A DNA stretch of 36,051 bases from Chrysochromulina tobinii. Lineage: Eukaryota. Positions 1 to 11,313 of the stretch are shown here, in pieces; the first letter of the stretch is position 1, and each line of letters begins with the position of its first letter. The stretch spans positions 1-36,051 of the forward strand of contig JWZX01003067.1 in NCBI GenBank assembly GCA_001275005.1, in the 5' to 3' direction. The notes below the pieces were generated by a model. That model was not told the origin of the DNA, ran no database searches, and saw nothing but the letters and a program-made list of their open reading frames with translations. The position numbers and the translations under genes were made by a program.

Positions 1-2
1 AC

Positions 3-1370
3 GTGCGACGTGGCGAGCGCGCGTACATCCTCGCCTCGGGCAGCTATGACACATCCATCAAGCTGTGGGATCTCGGCCCTCTGCTCCGCCAGCTCGACCC
101 AGCTCTCGACGGTGGCGAACGTTTCCGTGGCACGAGCAGCGGCAGCAGCAGCCGTGACCGCTCCACACGCCCATCGCAGGTACCGTCGGAGCTGCAGCTG
201 CCCGAGTGCTTCGCCACGCTCCAGGGCCACGCGGCTTGGGTCTCGGCTCTCACGCCCCTCGGAGACCGTCTCGCGTCGGGCTCGTATGATGGCACCGTTC
301 GCCTGTGGCGGTTGGCCCTTCCGCACGCGCCGCGTGCCGCGCAGCAAGCGATGCATGCGCCGACGATTCTGCGTCAAGGGCAGCCGGTGACTTCTCTGTG
401 TGTCGTTGGTGGGGGTCTGCTCGCCGCGGCCGGCTACGACCACTGCGTGCAGATCTGGGACCCGTCGTCCGCCACGCGGCTGCGCACGCTGCGGGGCCAC
501 GAGGATACCGTCTGGGCGCTCGCGAGCGTGGGCTCGCTCTGCATCTCGGGAGCGGGAGATAACACGGTGCGTCTGTGGGGACCGCCCGGCAACAGTGCGG
601 CGGCGGAGGAGGCGGCGGAGGAGGAGGAGGAGTCCGATGAGGAGAGCGACGTCGACGATGAGCGAGATAATGAGCGAGATTTGAGCTCCGTCTACGCGCG
701 GGTGCATGCACAGCGCTCGCCCACGACTACTGGCACGGGAGGCGGGCGGCGCACTCGCGGCGCTTCGAGCATCGGCTCTAGCGCACCGCCCACACGGCTG
801 CCCGGGGCGCTCCTCGACGAGGAGGAGGACGAGGAGGAGGAGGGCGAGGGCGCCACTCGTAGCGAGGACACGCGCCCCTCCGGAACTAAGCTACTGCTCT
901 CGCTGCTGGTCAATCTGCCCATGCTGCTCTGGTCTGCACCGCTCATCCTCTGGTGTGCGTGCCGGCGCGTTGGCCCACGTGGCATGCTGCGCGCGCTCGT
1001 GACGTTCCTCTCGTGGGCCGTGTGTAACAACCCGATCACGTGGGCACTCGCAGCGCCAGAGCCACGCCCTCTCGCGGTGCACATCACCCTCGCCATGGCC
1101 GCGATGACACGAGGCCACGAGCTCGGACGTTCTCCACCGCCCGACGGCTGGCCGCCGCGCACCAGCCGCCGCGAGCCCTGGCCGCCCGTGGTGGACACCA
1201 ACTGGCTCGATACCAACTGGCTCGAACGCGTCGTCGCCTCACTCCTGGGCGAGCACGACGTACGCCACCGACGCGCACGCAAGCGTGCCGCGTGGCGCCT
1301 CGACCTGGCGCGCTCTCTCCTCATGGGGCGTGCCCCTGCACACGGCCACACGGTGACTTGGCGTGAGTGA
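3..1370 (+). CDS. WD40-repeat protein (5' end outside window) with acidic linker and hydrophobic C-terminal segments
   Basis: Repeats LASGSYDTSIKLWD, GHAAWVSAL..LASGSYDGTVRLW, AAGYDHCVQIWD and GHEDTVWAL..ISGAGDNTVRLW, then E/D-rich tracts and LLLSLLVNLPMLLWSAPLILWCAC. The frame is open from the window start; the 3' structure is uncertain. Confidence 0.85.
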   Translation: MRRGERAYILASGSYDTSIKLWDLGPLLRQLDPALDGGERFRGTSSGSSSRDRSTRPSQVPSELQLPECFATLQGHAAWVSALTPLGDRLASGSYDGTVRLWRLALPHAPRAAQQAMHAPTILRQGQPVTSLCVVGGGLLAAAGYDHCVQIWDPSSATRLRTLRGHEDTVWALASVGSLCISGAGDNTVRLWGPPGNSAAAEEAAEEEEESDEESDVDDERDNERDLSSVYARVHAQRSPTTTGTGGGRRTRGASSIGSSAPPTRLPGALLDEEEDEEEEGEGATRSEDTRPSGTKLLLSLLVNLPMLLWSAPLILWCACRRVGPRGMLRALVTFLSWAVCNNPITWALAAPEPRPLAVHITLAMAAMTRGHELGRSPPPDGWPPRTSRREPWPPVVDTNWLDTNWLERVVASLLGEHDVRHRRARKRAAWRLDLARSLLMGRAPAHGHTVTWRE

Positions 1371-2353
1371 CCTGGCGCGTGGGGCCAGGTTATGATGTCA
1401 GAGTCGTTGATCAGCATAAAACACCTCCTGGTGGCGGTTAGCCGTGGCCGTTAGGCGGCGCGCGGGTGGCGTATTGACCGGTGGGACCTGCCCACGGGGA
1501 CGGCGCGTCCAGTCCCCACCATTTCGTATCCACAATGGCGACTCCCCCTGCAAATGGGGCAACTGTAGCTGAAATCATTTGACGAAACCGAAGTTTCGAC
1601 AACCGTTGACGACGACCCGCGCAGGCAGGACTTAAGTAGTGGAGTCCCCAGAGGGGGTGAGGGGCGCCCAGACCGTCGTCCCACGTCCGCGACCCCCGGC
1701 GCGCGGGCAGGACTTAAGTTATAAGTAGTCCCATCCGTACTGTGCCGGGGTGCATTCCATGGAGGTCTCATGCCCGTCATCGTAGATGTGTCGACCCATC
1801 CGGCATGACCGTGAGCTGTCCACGTACCACGACGGGGCCCTTCTCTTGCGATTTTTGTCGATGCCTTGGCCTTCGCTTTGTAGTATTCTAAGTGTAAAAA
1901 GTGGGAAAAGTATAAAACAAAACCATAAGCGACTGGGTGGCAGCGGAGCACCAGGTCGTGTGGAACGAGCCCTGAGAGCATCGCTGCGATGACGGGGGTA
2001 CCAGCCAAGGCTGTTGAAAGCGTTAGGTCGGATTGGGGGGCTATTTTGGGGTTGCGGGTGGCGATGATACGCAAAAGTTGGCCATTTAGTTGGCCGGCCA
2101 CATTTCGGAAAAAGTGGCCAGTAGGCCCGCGCCGTTGCCCGATGTCGGCAAAGGCAGACGCGGAGGCGGCGGCGGCGTTGCGCGAGCTCGGCGCAACGCT
2201 GAAGGCGTCGAAGGAGGAAGGACACCGGGGGAAGCCCGGGGGGAAGCCCGCGGGACAAGGCGGTACTACTTCACGGATTCACTACCACTACCGTACCTGA
2301 AAGGCTGAAAAACGAAGGCTCCCATCGCCTCGAAATTTCCCTCACAAGCATAC

Positions 2354-3511
2354 ATGTACAGGGAGTCGGGGAGACTTCGAAATTTTGAAGAGTTTGGAGC
2401 TTTGGACCGGGCGCCTTCCAAAATCTCCCAGAGGCCTCCGAAAGTCCTGTGGAAATCTCCGACACGCATGGAACCTTTTGGTGGTTCTGCGATGCGGAGT
2501 GCGATGGTCGGCACGAAGAGTAGAGCCCGTGCCGGCGAGATGCCGCTGCCAAGCACTTTTCCGACAGAGGCCGTGCTATATCGCGCATCCAGCCAGCTCA
2601 ATTTCGCGGAGGTGCTTGCCATCAAAGTCGTGGGTCAACCTGCCAAGCCACAGTGGCGTCCTCTGGTCGGATTGAAGGACATGCCAGATCACCGTGCCAC
2701 CAATAAGTACCTGCTCAAAGGCTACCGCGCGCAGGACGACATCAGCCTGAGAACAGCTCTCTTTCGTGGGCACAGCGAGACGGTGAACATTTGGTCCCAT
2801 CTCGCGGGCAGCCTCCTGCTACTTCCATGCCTCTTTGGCGACTACTATGCGCATTGGCCATGGCTCAGCACTGTCCTGCGCGTGCACGCAGCCATCGGAA
2901 TATGCTGCGGCTTTGCAAGTGTCATCTTCCACATTAGCGAGTCATTCCCGCTGGACGTCTACAACCGCTGCATCCAGTTGGACTACGCCTTCGCCTTCCT
3001 CGCCACCGTCTCGCATTCCGCACTGCTCGCCGCCGTCTTCTTCCGAGAGACGCCGCAAGTCGCGGTCCCACTGCTGGCACTGCTACTGCTGATCTCCGTG
3101 CTGGGCGTGCGCCTATTCGTGGCGCAAACCGACGCCGACGCAACCAATACGCAGCGCCACGCTGACCGCGGCTCCACAATTCGTGTGGCAGGGATAATGC
3201 TTGCTCCCGTGCTTTTGGCCGTGCCCATCTGCGCGCACGTGCTCCTCTTCGACCCCGATTTTGGGCCTGTCGTGCTGTCCTGGATGCTGAGCTTCGCGGT
3301 AGCGGCGCTTGCCTGGCTGTTCAAGCTGCCCGAGCGCCTCTTCCCACCGGGCACCTTTGACTATGTGGGTAACTCACACAACGTGATGCACGTGATGGTC
3401 CTCGTGACATTCCTCTTTTTGCATAATGGCAGCCGCGCGCTGCTCGCGAAAGAGACGCGCCTTCTGGAGGCGGAAACCATCGAAGTCAAACATGGGAACC
3501 ACTGCTTTTAA
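2354..3511 (+). CDS. PAQR / adiponectin-receptor / hemolysin-III family 7-TM protein (true start probably downstream of 2354)
   Basis: YLLKGYR, HSETVNIWSHL (ExxxNxxxH), SVIFH, LDY, PERLFPPGTFDYVGNSHNVMHV (HxxxH) and about 7 hydrophobic segments. Confidence 0.9.
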   Translation: MYRESGRLRNFEEFGALDRAPSKISQRPPKVLWKSPTRMEPFGGSAMRSAMVGTKSRARAGEMPLPSTFPTEAVLYRASSQLNFAEVLAIKVVGQPAKPQWRPLVGLKDMPDHRATNKYLLKGYRAQDDISLRTALFRGHSETVNIWSHLAGSLLLLPCLFGDYYAHWPWLSTVLRVHAAIGICCGFASVIFHISESFPLDVYNRCIQLDYAFAFLATVSHSALLAAVFFRETPQVAVPLLALLLLISVLGVRLFVAQTDADATNTQRHADRGSTIRVAGIMLAPVLLAVPICAHVLLFDPDFGPVVLSWMLSFAVAALAWLFKLPERLFPPGTFDYVGNSHNVMHVMVLVTFLFLHNGSRALLAKETRLLEAETIEVKHGNHCF

Positions 3512-5048
3512 TCTATCAGGCCGGCGGGCGTCAAGGCAGTAGCACCATGAAGATGAGAAACACAACCATCGAGCGGAAGCACGGACAGACATCGCGGATA
3601 GCGTGGTGACACAGAGCAACAGCGAGGCAGCGCCCGAAAAGAACGGACGGCAAGAATCGAATTTGCAACCGATTGAAAAATGCTGCATGAAACTGGCGAG
3701 GTAGGCAGGACCAGATCAGGATGACGTTCAAACAGCATGAATCACACATAATAGACACGACCCCAGGAAACAGCACAAGAAGAATGAGGAAGAGACACAA
3801 CGTGCAGATATATGAACAAAGTCAACGCTCACCGACGCTCACCTAGCTCCATACACAGCCTCGCACGAGGATAACGGCGACTACCTTCATGCTTCCAAAT
3901 TCCCCCACCGCATCTCCAGTCTCGCCCGCTACACCAGCGTCCTTCAGTGGCGTCCAAGGGCGGTCCCGCTTCAGGTTCAGCAATACACTACGGTTCGTAG
4001 ATTCCTGCGTTTACGCGGTCGGAAAGTGTGTCTGTGTGAATTCATACACAAACCGACATGAACCGAAGCTCCGGACGTCGCGTGAACGTTACCCCGGGTA
4101 CCTGCGGCTGTCGAGTCCGGCCGCGGTTTCGGTCGCGCGCTGACGTGACGTGCGGGTTGTGTGTGTTGTTGGTGGGTTTGGATGGTTGTGAGGTTCGTCT
4201 GTGCGGTCCGTGTGCCTTTGTGCGCCCGCGTGTCCCGTGTGTCCCGTGTGTGTCCCGCCTCCCGGCTCCCCCCGATGTCTTTTTACCGGTACATGCATCG
4301 CGTGATTTCTCACACAAACTTGACAAACTCGAGGCTCACACACAGCATGCTACCAAGGCAAGGGGGAAGTGTTCTTCCTGCGCTGGACTACTATGGACCC
4401 GTGGTCGTGCCGTCCATGCTACGAACGCTGGTAGAGACGTTGGGCTCAAATGTCTGCGCAGTGCTGATTCAAGTTGTGACCGCAACAATTGCGAACGGGC
4501 TCTATTTCATTTCCGCCATTTTCTTCTCTGGAATGGATGAGGAAGGCAAGTCCGCGCCCCGCTTCCCATAGCGGTGTCTTATGATAAATTACGACCCGGC
4601 GTGCGCCACTGTGGATCACTGCATCGGCTCCTGTTGTCGTTGTGGCACATGTTGTGGCAAGGGAGCGCGTGCAGAGCCGTGCCCGGGCCAATGAGCCAAC
4701 ATGCATAGAAGAATGTTGATGTGCTGCAAGTAGATCTGGTCATCCATCACACCTCACCGAAAGAGCGTTTACACTGTCTTACGATTCCGTTCGTGCTCAA
4801 GGCCTCGTTGCACGTCGAGCTCGTCCACAGGCAGCTCCGCCTCCCGGACGGATGGGCGGGAGGATGTTATGCGCAAAACGCTGGTGAAAAACGATGACGT
4901 CGCTGTTGAGTCGGAACCGAAACCAACTGCTCTAGAACAAGCCTCTTACGTCTCCTACGCACTGCCTCAACACAAAACAGCTCACACCGCATGTAGCCAT
5001 GCACACAATCCACCATACATGTTGTTCGCCGGTGTCGACCTCACGTTT

Positions 5049-8000
5049 CTAGAAGACTATTCGGTCGGCTAGCCGGAGGAGCGCATTCCTCCACTTGGGC
5101 ACGGAGAAGGCCGCAGCGACGAGCAGTACGAGGAGGCGCTTCTTGACACGTAGCTGCAACGTGCCGCGCAGCGCGAGCAGCAGCGCAATACTTGCCGTGG
5201 CGACGAGGAGCACAGACGCGGCCGGCGCCGACTCGGGGTGCGTCTCCTCGTGCTCGGTAGCGGCCTGCTCAGGCGCTTGAATGAAGGGGCAGCCGCTCGA
5301 GGCGAGCGCCACGGGGTCGAGGCAGAGGGTCGGCGATGAGGCATGAGGGGCTGCACTGCCAGGCTGCGGCGGCAGGGGGCCCACGCCCGCAGCCAGGTGT
5401 GGAGGGAGGCTCGACAGAGGCGACATCTGCCGGGGCGGAGAAGTTTTCCAGCCCCCCCCCCAGGGAGTATGCGAGACAGGCAGCAGCTGCTGCCGCTGGA
5501 AGGCCGCGCCGCCTTGGGCGCCCTGGGGCGCCGCTGGCGCGCTCGGCGCCATCGTCGGCGCGAGCTGGAAGGCGGAGCCAGCGGGCGCCGCGGGCGCACT
5601 CGGCGCCTTCGTCGGCGGTGTGTCCGCGTGCCCACCTGGCTCCCCATAATACGATGGCGTGGCCCCCATGAACGTGTCGCCTTGTGGTGGTGGGAGAAAA
5701 AAGGCGCGGGGCGGGAATACCTCCCCCCTTACCTCCCCGCTGGGGAGTCGTCTGCGCGCACTGGCCTCCCCGCCGACAGCAGCGGCACTACCCGCCGTCG
5801 CTGGATAGGCCGCGCAAGCGCCGCCGCCGGCCGTGCTGCCAGCGCTGCTGAGGCCAGCGCCGACAATCGAGCCGCCATTGCTGCCGCCCACGCTGGGGAG
5901 ATTGGCCAGGTCCGCGTACGAGGCTGACTTGGTCGCACGGAGCGCTGCCCACTTGAGGGCTTCGAGTAAGCCGGTCACGGCCGGCTGATCGTCGACAAAG
6001 AAGGTCGCACGCGACGGCTTTCGACCCACTGTGCACGCGTAGCAGTGGTTGGCGAGGTGCGCATGCCGGCTCCGGAACTCGGCCAGCTCGCTGAAGGCCG
6101 GCTCGTCGGTCGAGTCGTCACCAACGACGAGCACGAAGTCGGGGCGCACGGCATTCAGCGCCTGGCGCATCAACGAGCCCTTGTCCACCCCTCGTGGCCC
6201 CACATGCAATCTAAACGGCTTGCTGACGACCTCGACTGCGGTGTCGCGCAGTACCTCGGTGAGATGGTTATGCAGCTCCTTGGCTTGCATTCGCCCGAAC
6301 TCGGGGTCGGCTTGCTGGAAGTGGAACGCCACGTAGTTCGCGCCGCACTCGGCGAAGGCCCCACAGGTGCGCTCGGCATAGGTCTTGACGATGCTCATGG
6401 CTAGCTCTCGCCAGCCCTCGTCCGTCACACCTTGCTGCATCGCCTCGGAGAGCTCCCACGAAACCCCCCCCGCCATCTCCCACCGGCCATGTAGGCCGCT
6501 CCAGGCGACGTACATGCCGTTGTCGGCGCCCAGGGAGCAGCCCGGGACCGAGCCGAAGGAAGACGCGAGCTCCTCTCGCGGCGACGTCGACATGACGAGG
6601 ACCGTGTTTCGAGAGTCGGCGCACACTACCTCTAGAGCGTTGCGCACCGTCGCCGAAGGAGGCGGGGCGCGCGGGCGCTTTCGCTCCGCGCCAGCCGTGG
6701 GGGCATGGGGCGCGGCGGCGTGCGGCAGGCTGTCAGTGGAGCCATTCGGCTCGTCAAGGTGCAAAGCACTCCCCGGAGGGCTGAGCGCCGGCTGCGGCTG
6801 CGTACCGGCCTCCTCAAGCAGCTTGCCAAATGACGAATGGCTCGCGCGGAGCGAGGTGTGCCCGGGAGAGAAGGAGCCTTGCGACGACAGCGACGGCGAG
6901 CGGGCCGGGTGCCCGTGCAACTCGAGCGTCTTCTCGGAGTTGGGGAAGCCTGGTACCAGAGTGCCCACGTGGTCGAGCACAATGAGCCGACGCGTGGTCG
7001 CGTGATAGCTCGAGATGACCGCCTCGTCGCGCAGCTGCGTGAAGCCCTTACCGTCCTCCATCCCGATGGCTTGAGCCATTGGCCGCCATGCAAAGCCCAG
7101 CCCCAGCCCGCCGCCGCCGCCGCGCTCCGTGCCAGATCCCGCCGCCGCCGACACATCGGCCACCATGCGCCGTGCCCACGCGGCGGCGGTGTTGGAGCGA
7201 CACCAGTCGATGTCACGAGCGAGGCGTGCGGCGCGCGTCGGCCCATCGAGGCTGAGCGCGCGCTGGATGGCCGCCGACATTTTGCGCACCGACCACGGGT
7301 TGCAGAGCACCGCGCCCGAGAGCACACGGGCAAGCGAGCAGAACTCAGAGACCACGAGGCTGCCCGGGTTCGCCTCGTTAGTGAGCAGGTATTCGAGCGG
7401 GAGCAGGTTCAGCCCCTCACGCACCGAGGTCACGAGAAGCACTTCCGTCACCCTGAGGAGGGCGAGGCGCTCGTAGAGTGGCATTGCCGCGCAGCACTCA
7501 AAATGGACTGCGCCAGGGAAGCGGCTGTTGATGCGGCTCACGAGCGCCCGAACGTCCGCCGTGACGCGCGCGTGGTCCTCTGGGCGCGCGTCGGGGGTGA
7601 TGCCGTAGAGCAGCAGCCGCAGAGGCTTCGGGCGCTCCCAGCGCAGGCTGCTGCTGCTGCTGCTGACGTTCGGAGATGCCGATTGCGAAGACGGCGGTGC
7701 TGGGGACGGCGTGTGCTGTGAATGGAGAAGATGCTCAAAGGCCGGCAGCTTGAGAGGAACTCCCTTGAGACCCTCGAGAAGATCGATGGAGCAGATGACG
7801 GTATGCGTGCCGTGCTGGGCGCGCAGGGCGGCCACTCGCTCGCCCACGGCCTCCGAGGGGAGCGCCGAGAGGAGCAGCGGTGGGTCTATGCCCATGTGAG
7901 TGCACGTGAGAGCGATCTGGCGACCTTCGTAGTGCAAGGTGAGCCCACCGCCACGCTTGCTCTCACTCGAGCACGAGAGAAGCCTGTGGAACAGGGGGTC

Positions 8001-9394
8001 TCGTCAATACCAACTGCTCATCATTGCGACTCGATGGCGGATCGGTGGCACTCAGTGGCACTCACCGGCGGCAGCAGGCGATGAAGTTTTGGGCCCATTC
8101 GAAGAGATGGAAGCCAATATGGTCTGCGCACAGCATGCCGCGCAGCAGCTCCTCGCGGTTCGTCAAGCAGCGGAAGATCTCCGATGAAGGGAAGGGCTGG
8201 TGGAAGCAGAAGCCTGTGGACAAAGGGCGCAGGCGAGATGCGAGGCAGCGGCGTGAGCGGCGGCATGACGTGGGACACAAGCGCATGCGGCGTGCGCTAC
8301 AGCGATGACGGCAGCCTCGGCCTAGGGAGCAGCGTCGCAGCATCAGCACAGCGGTAGCGGCGGCGGCGGCAGCATCACTGCACTGCACGGCACTGCCGCC
8401 GCCGCCGCCGCCGCCACAGTGGCGTCGCAAGTGAGATGTGCCAAGCAGGAACGAATCAGCAGCCGATGGGAATGTCAGCGCTAACCAGAGATGCCGGCGC
8501 GCCATGGAACAAGGCTGTCGTCTGTGGCCCGATCGAGGCTACCAACGCAGCCGCGCAGCATGGAGGGTCCGCGCGACGCTTGCTAGGCAGCGTCGGGCAG
8601 CGAGTGCGCCAGGGAGGGCCGGGAGCCACCGGCCAGGGACGACGTGCTCGAGATTGCTAGGGCTGCGACGTGGCGCGTGGGATGTGGGGAGAGCGGCGCG
8701 CACCGATGTTGGCGGAGTTGCGCAGCTTGCGCGCAAGCTCCGAAGGCAACAGCATGAGGTGGTAGTGCTGGATCCAGATGAGGTCGCCTTCCTGGAAGTT
8801 TTCGACGACCGCCGCGGCCACGATCCGGTTTACCTTGCAGTAGTCTTGCCAGCACGTCTCGGCCGCCTCTGTAGGGTTCCACGAGCGCGCGGCCTCCCAC
8901 CCTTCGGGCTGCGAGGACTCTGGCAAGCCGCTGCCGTTGCCACGCCCTCCTCGACTGGGGCGAATGCCCTCGGCCACCTCGTCAACGATCGCGTGCGTCA
9001 CCTGCGTGCTATTGTACACGTCGATGACATTGTGCAGGATCGGCCAGAGCGTCGACTTGCAGTAGCCTTGGTAGAAGCGGCTGGCGACCACTTTGTCGAC
9101 GTAGACGACGACGGCCGCGATGCCCGCAGACTCGATGGCGGCCTCCACGGCGGCGCGCTCCTCCACCGGCACGTAAATGTTGGGCGAACCCACGAAGATG
9201 ACCGGCGTGTCCAGGCTTCTGACTCCGAGCGACACGTAGCGAGAGATGGCAGTCTCCGGCCGCGCAATCTCCCGATCCCAGGCCGCCGTCCACCCGCCCG
9301 TGGAAGCGCACTTGGTCAGCGTGATGGGCAGCGAGTGCGATACTACGACGACGCGGCGGTATGATGTCGCCGCACTTTCCGGCGCCTTCGCCAT
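5049..9394 (-). CDS. TPS: Trehalose-6-phosphate synthase/phosphatase fusion (GT20 + HAD TPP), class-II-like; exons 9394-8704, 8213-8066, 7983-5049
   Basis: FYQGYCKSTLWPILH, LIWIQHYHLMLLP, GFCFHQPFPSSEIFRCL..REELLRGMLCADHIGFH, REGLNLLPLEY, LVVSEF, NPW, ADPEFGRMQAKEL, GVDKG, VGDDSTDE, CTVGRKPSRA. GT-AG introns 8703-8214 and 8065-7984 join these in frame (NIG|GF and CCRR|LLS). Confidence 0.92.
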
Positions 9395-9900
9395 CTCCTG
9401 TGACGTGTTGGTGCTGGTCCTCCTCGCCAGTGGGAGTTTCAGTGATCGTTTCAGTATGAAGATTCACACATGAAGATTCAAAAAATCTCACACACGTGGG
9501 AGTATGGGTTAATAACAGGCTGGCCTACTGGCCACGTGGCGCGGGTCTCACACGGAGTCAGAGTCCGTAAGCCCGTTCGGATGCTCTGCCCGCTCGAATG
9601 TATAGACGTAGGCCCACTCCGCTTGCGGCCTGCTCCCTCGCCGTAAGGCAGTCGAGAATCACCTGAATCCGAGTCCCCCCCTCGTCACGGTCACTTCGAG
9701 GTCCGCAGCCCCGCCCCGTCGCCGCTGGTGCATGCATCCCTTGTGGCGGTAAGCCCGCATTCCGCTTGCGACGTGGGCCAGGATCGCTTGGTCCCTGAAA
9801 GTCGTCCTCTTCGGACTTGTCAGAACCGGGTTGGCGCCGCAGTCGCTACGGGATGCGGGACGGTATCCCATGGCTGACGCCGAAACCCACCTAATAAAGA

Positions 9901-11313
9901 TCACATGCCCCACGGCAAGCCATGCTCGAGCTCCAGCTGCAGCCCGCGCGCGTCGCAAGCCCGTGTAAGGGCCTGGAAGCCGGCTGAGGCTGCACCAGGC
10001 TCGGAGGTGGATGAGAAGGCCCCACAGCACCAAAGGACTTCGAGTGCTCCTAACACTGGCTGAGGTGGCGTTCGAGAGCCTCTAGTCCGTGTCCCGAGGG
10101 CCTCGGCGAGAGCCAAGGCGCCTGTGCTGCCCAACTGGTCTAAGACTAGGTACAGCCAGTGCATATTCGGGCAGCAGTCGCCAAGGCGCTGCCCGTTGGA
10201 GAGCACTGGGCGCTGGCATGCAAATGCTTTCGCCAGCGCTGCCACGCCCTCGTCGCCGGCTGGATTGCCATTGAGATTGAGGTGAAGCAACGACATGCAG
10301 ACGTACAGCCCTTGTGAGAGGATCTGCAGCCCAGCGTCACCTAGTTTCGCGTAGCTCAGGTCGATGAGGAGGCACTTGTAGCCCAATCCTGACACGAGCC
10401 CGTCGCAAAGGACCGTGCAGTCCTGATCGCTCAAAGTAGGCGGTTCCCCCAGTTTGAGCGCTTGCAAGCCATATCCCGATTGGCACACTGCCAGCCGGAG
10501 GGCGCACAGACCCTCGTCGGCCGTCACCTCCTCACGACTCCCAAACGGGTTGCCCATTTCGGCAAACGTAGCTCGCACGTGCTCAGACAAGCCAGTGCTG
10601 TGTGCCACTCGCGCGCATCGGCCACAATAGCGCTTGGAACGCTCGGATTTGATGCTTGGATCGAAACCTGCGCCATCAAGGAGGCAGAGCAACCGGCTCA
10701 TCTTCATCTCGCGCCCACATCCGCCCTCGCAGGTGACCATGCGGTGACTCGCCATCAAGGAGGCAGCGGAATACCGGACCAGCTTCAGGTGGTGATTCCA
10801 GGAGCCTTCGCATGCAAGGCTCTGCAAGACCTGCGTCAGCCGTTGCTTCCGCCCTCGGTGCGCTCGTTGCATCGGCTCGAGGACAGGAGCGAGCACTGCG
10901 CGTAGAGCGCGGCAGACTCCAGAAAGCTGGCCAAGCATGGGGATACGCCGATCGAGGGACCCACGTCTCAAATCCTTCTCCCTGGTCCTCGAGATGCTGC
11001 CGATGCGCGATAGGCAATGGGCATCGAGGGATTCCAATGACGCTGTGGGGCCCGGAGCCGTATCCACCGTCGTCATCGTCGGCGGCGCGCTGCTGCTCGG
11101 CCAGCCATGCGTGCGCCAAACGGTTCGGCGTGTCTCCGAGACGGTCTTCTGCGGCGAGAACAACGCCTGCGAGTCGGTCGGCACAGCCTCCATCGACAGT
11201 TGGCGGAAGATTTCCCTGGCGAGTTCGAGGCCCGCTTCCGGGTCGCGCGCCATGAGCTCGGCGAGCAGCTTACTTACATCGATATCGTCTACGGTGCCGT
11301 TTCCAAGGTCCAT
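9901..11313 (-). CDS. F-box-like / RNI-type leucine-rich repeat protein with a Cys cluster
   Basis: LRRs IDLSYAKLGDAGLQILSQGL, LNLNGNPAGDEGVAALAKAF and LYLVLDQLGSTGALALAEAL. F-box-like LESLDAHCLSRIG...LGQLSGVCRALRAVL. CEGGC...CGRC. Confidence 0.75.
   Translation of the reverse strand: MDLGNGTVDDIDVSKLLAELMARDPEAGLELAREIFRQLSMEAVPTDSQALFSPQKTVSETRRTVWRTHGWPSSSAPPTMTTVDTAPGPTASLESLDAHCLSRIGSISRTREKDLRRGSLDRRIPMLGQLSGVCRALRAVLAPVLEPMQRAHRGRKQRLTQVLQSLACEGSWNHHLKLVRYSAASLMASHRMVTCEGGCGREMKMSRLLCLLDGAGFDPSIKSERSKRYCGRCARVAHSTGLSEHVRATFAEMGNPFGSREEVTADEGLCALRLAVCQSGYGLQALKLGEPPTLSDQDCTVLCDGLVSGLGYKCLLIDLSYAKLGDAGLQILSQGLYVCMSLLHLNLNGNPAGDEGVAALAKAFACQRPVLSNGQRLGDCCPNMHWLYLVLDQLGSTGALALAEALGTRTRGSRTPPQPVLGALEVLWCCGAFSSTSEPGAASAGFQALTRACDARGLQLELEHGLPWGM

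Noticed and set aside
4161..4571. 136-aa ORF with a hydrophobic C-terminal segment
   Set aside because: It starts in a GT-rich low-complexity tract, has no recognisable motif and has atypical codon use. A small gene from ATG ~4293 cannot be excluded, but it is unsupported.
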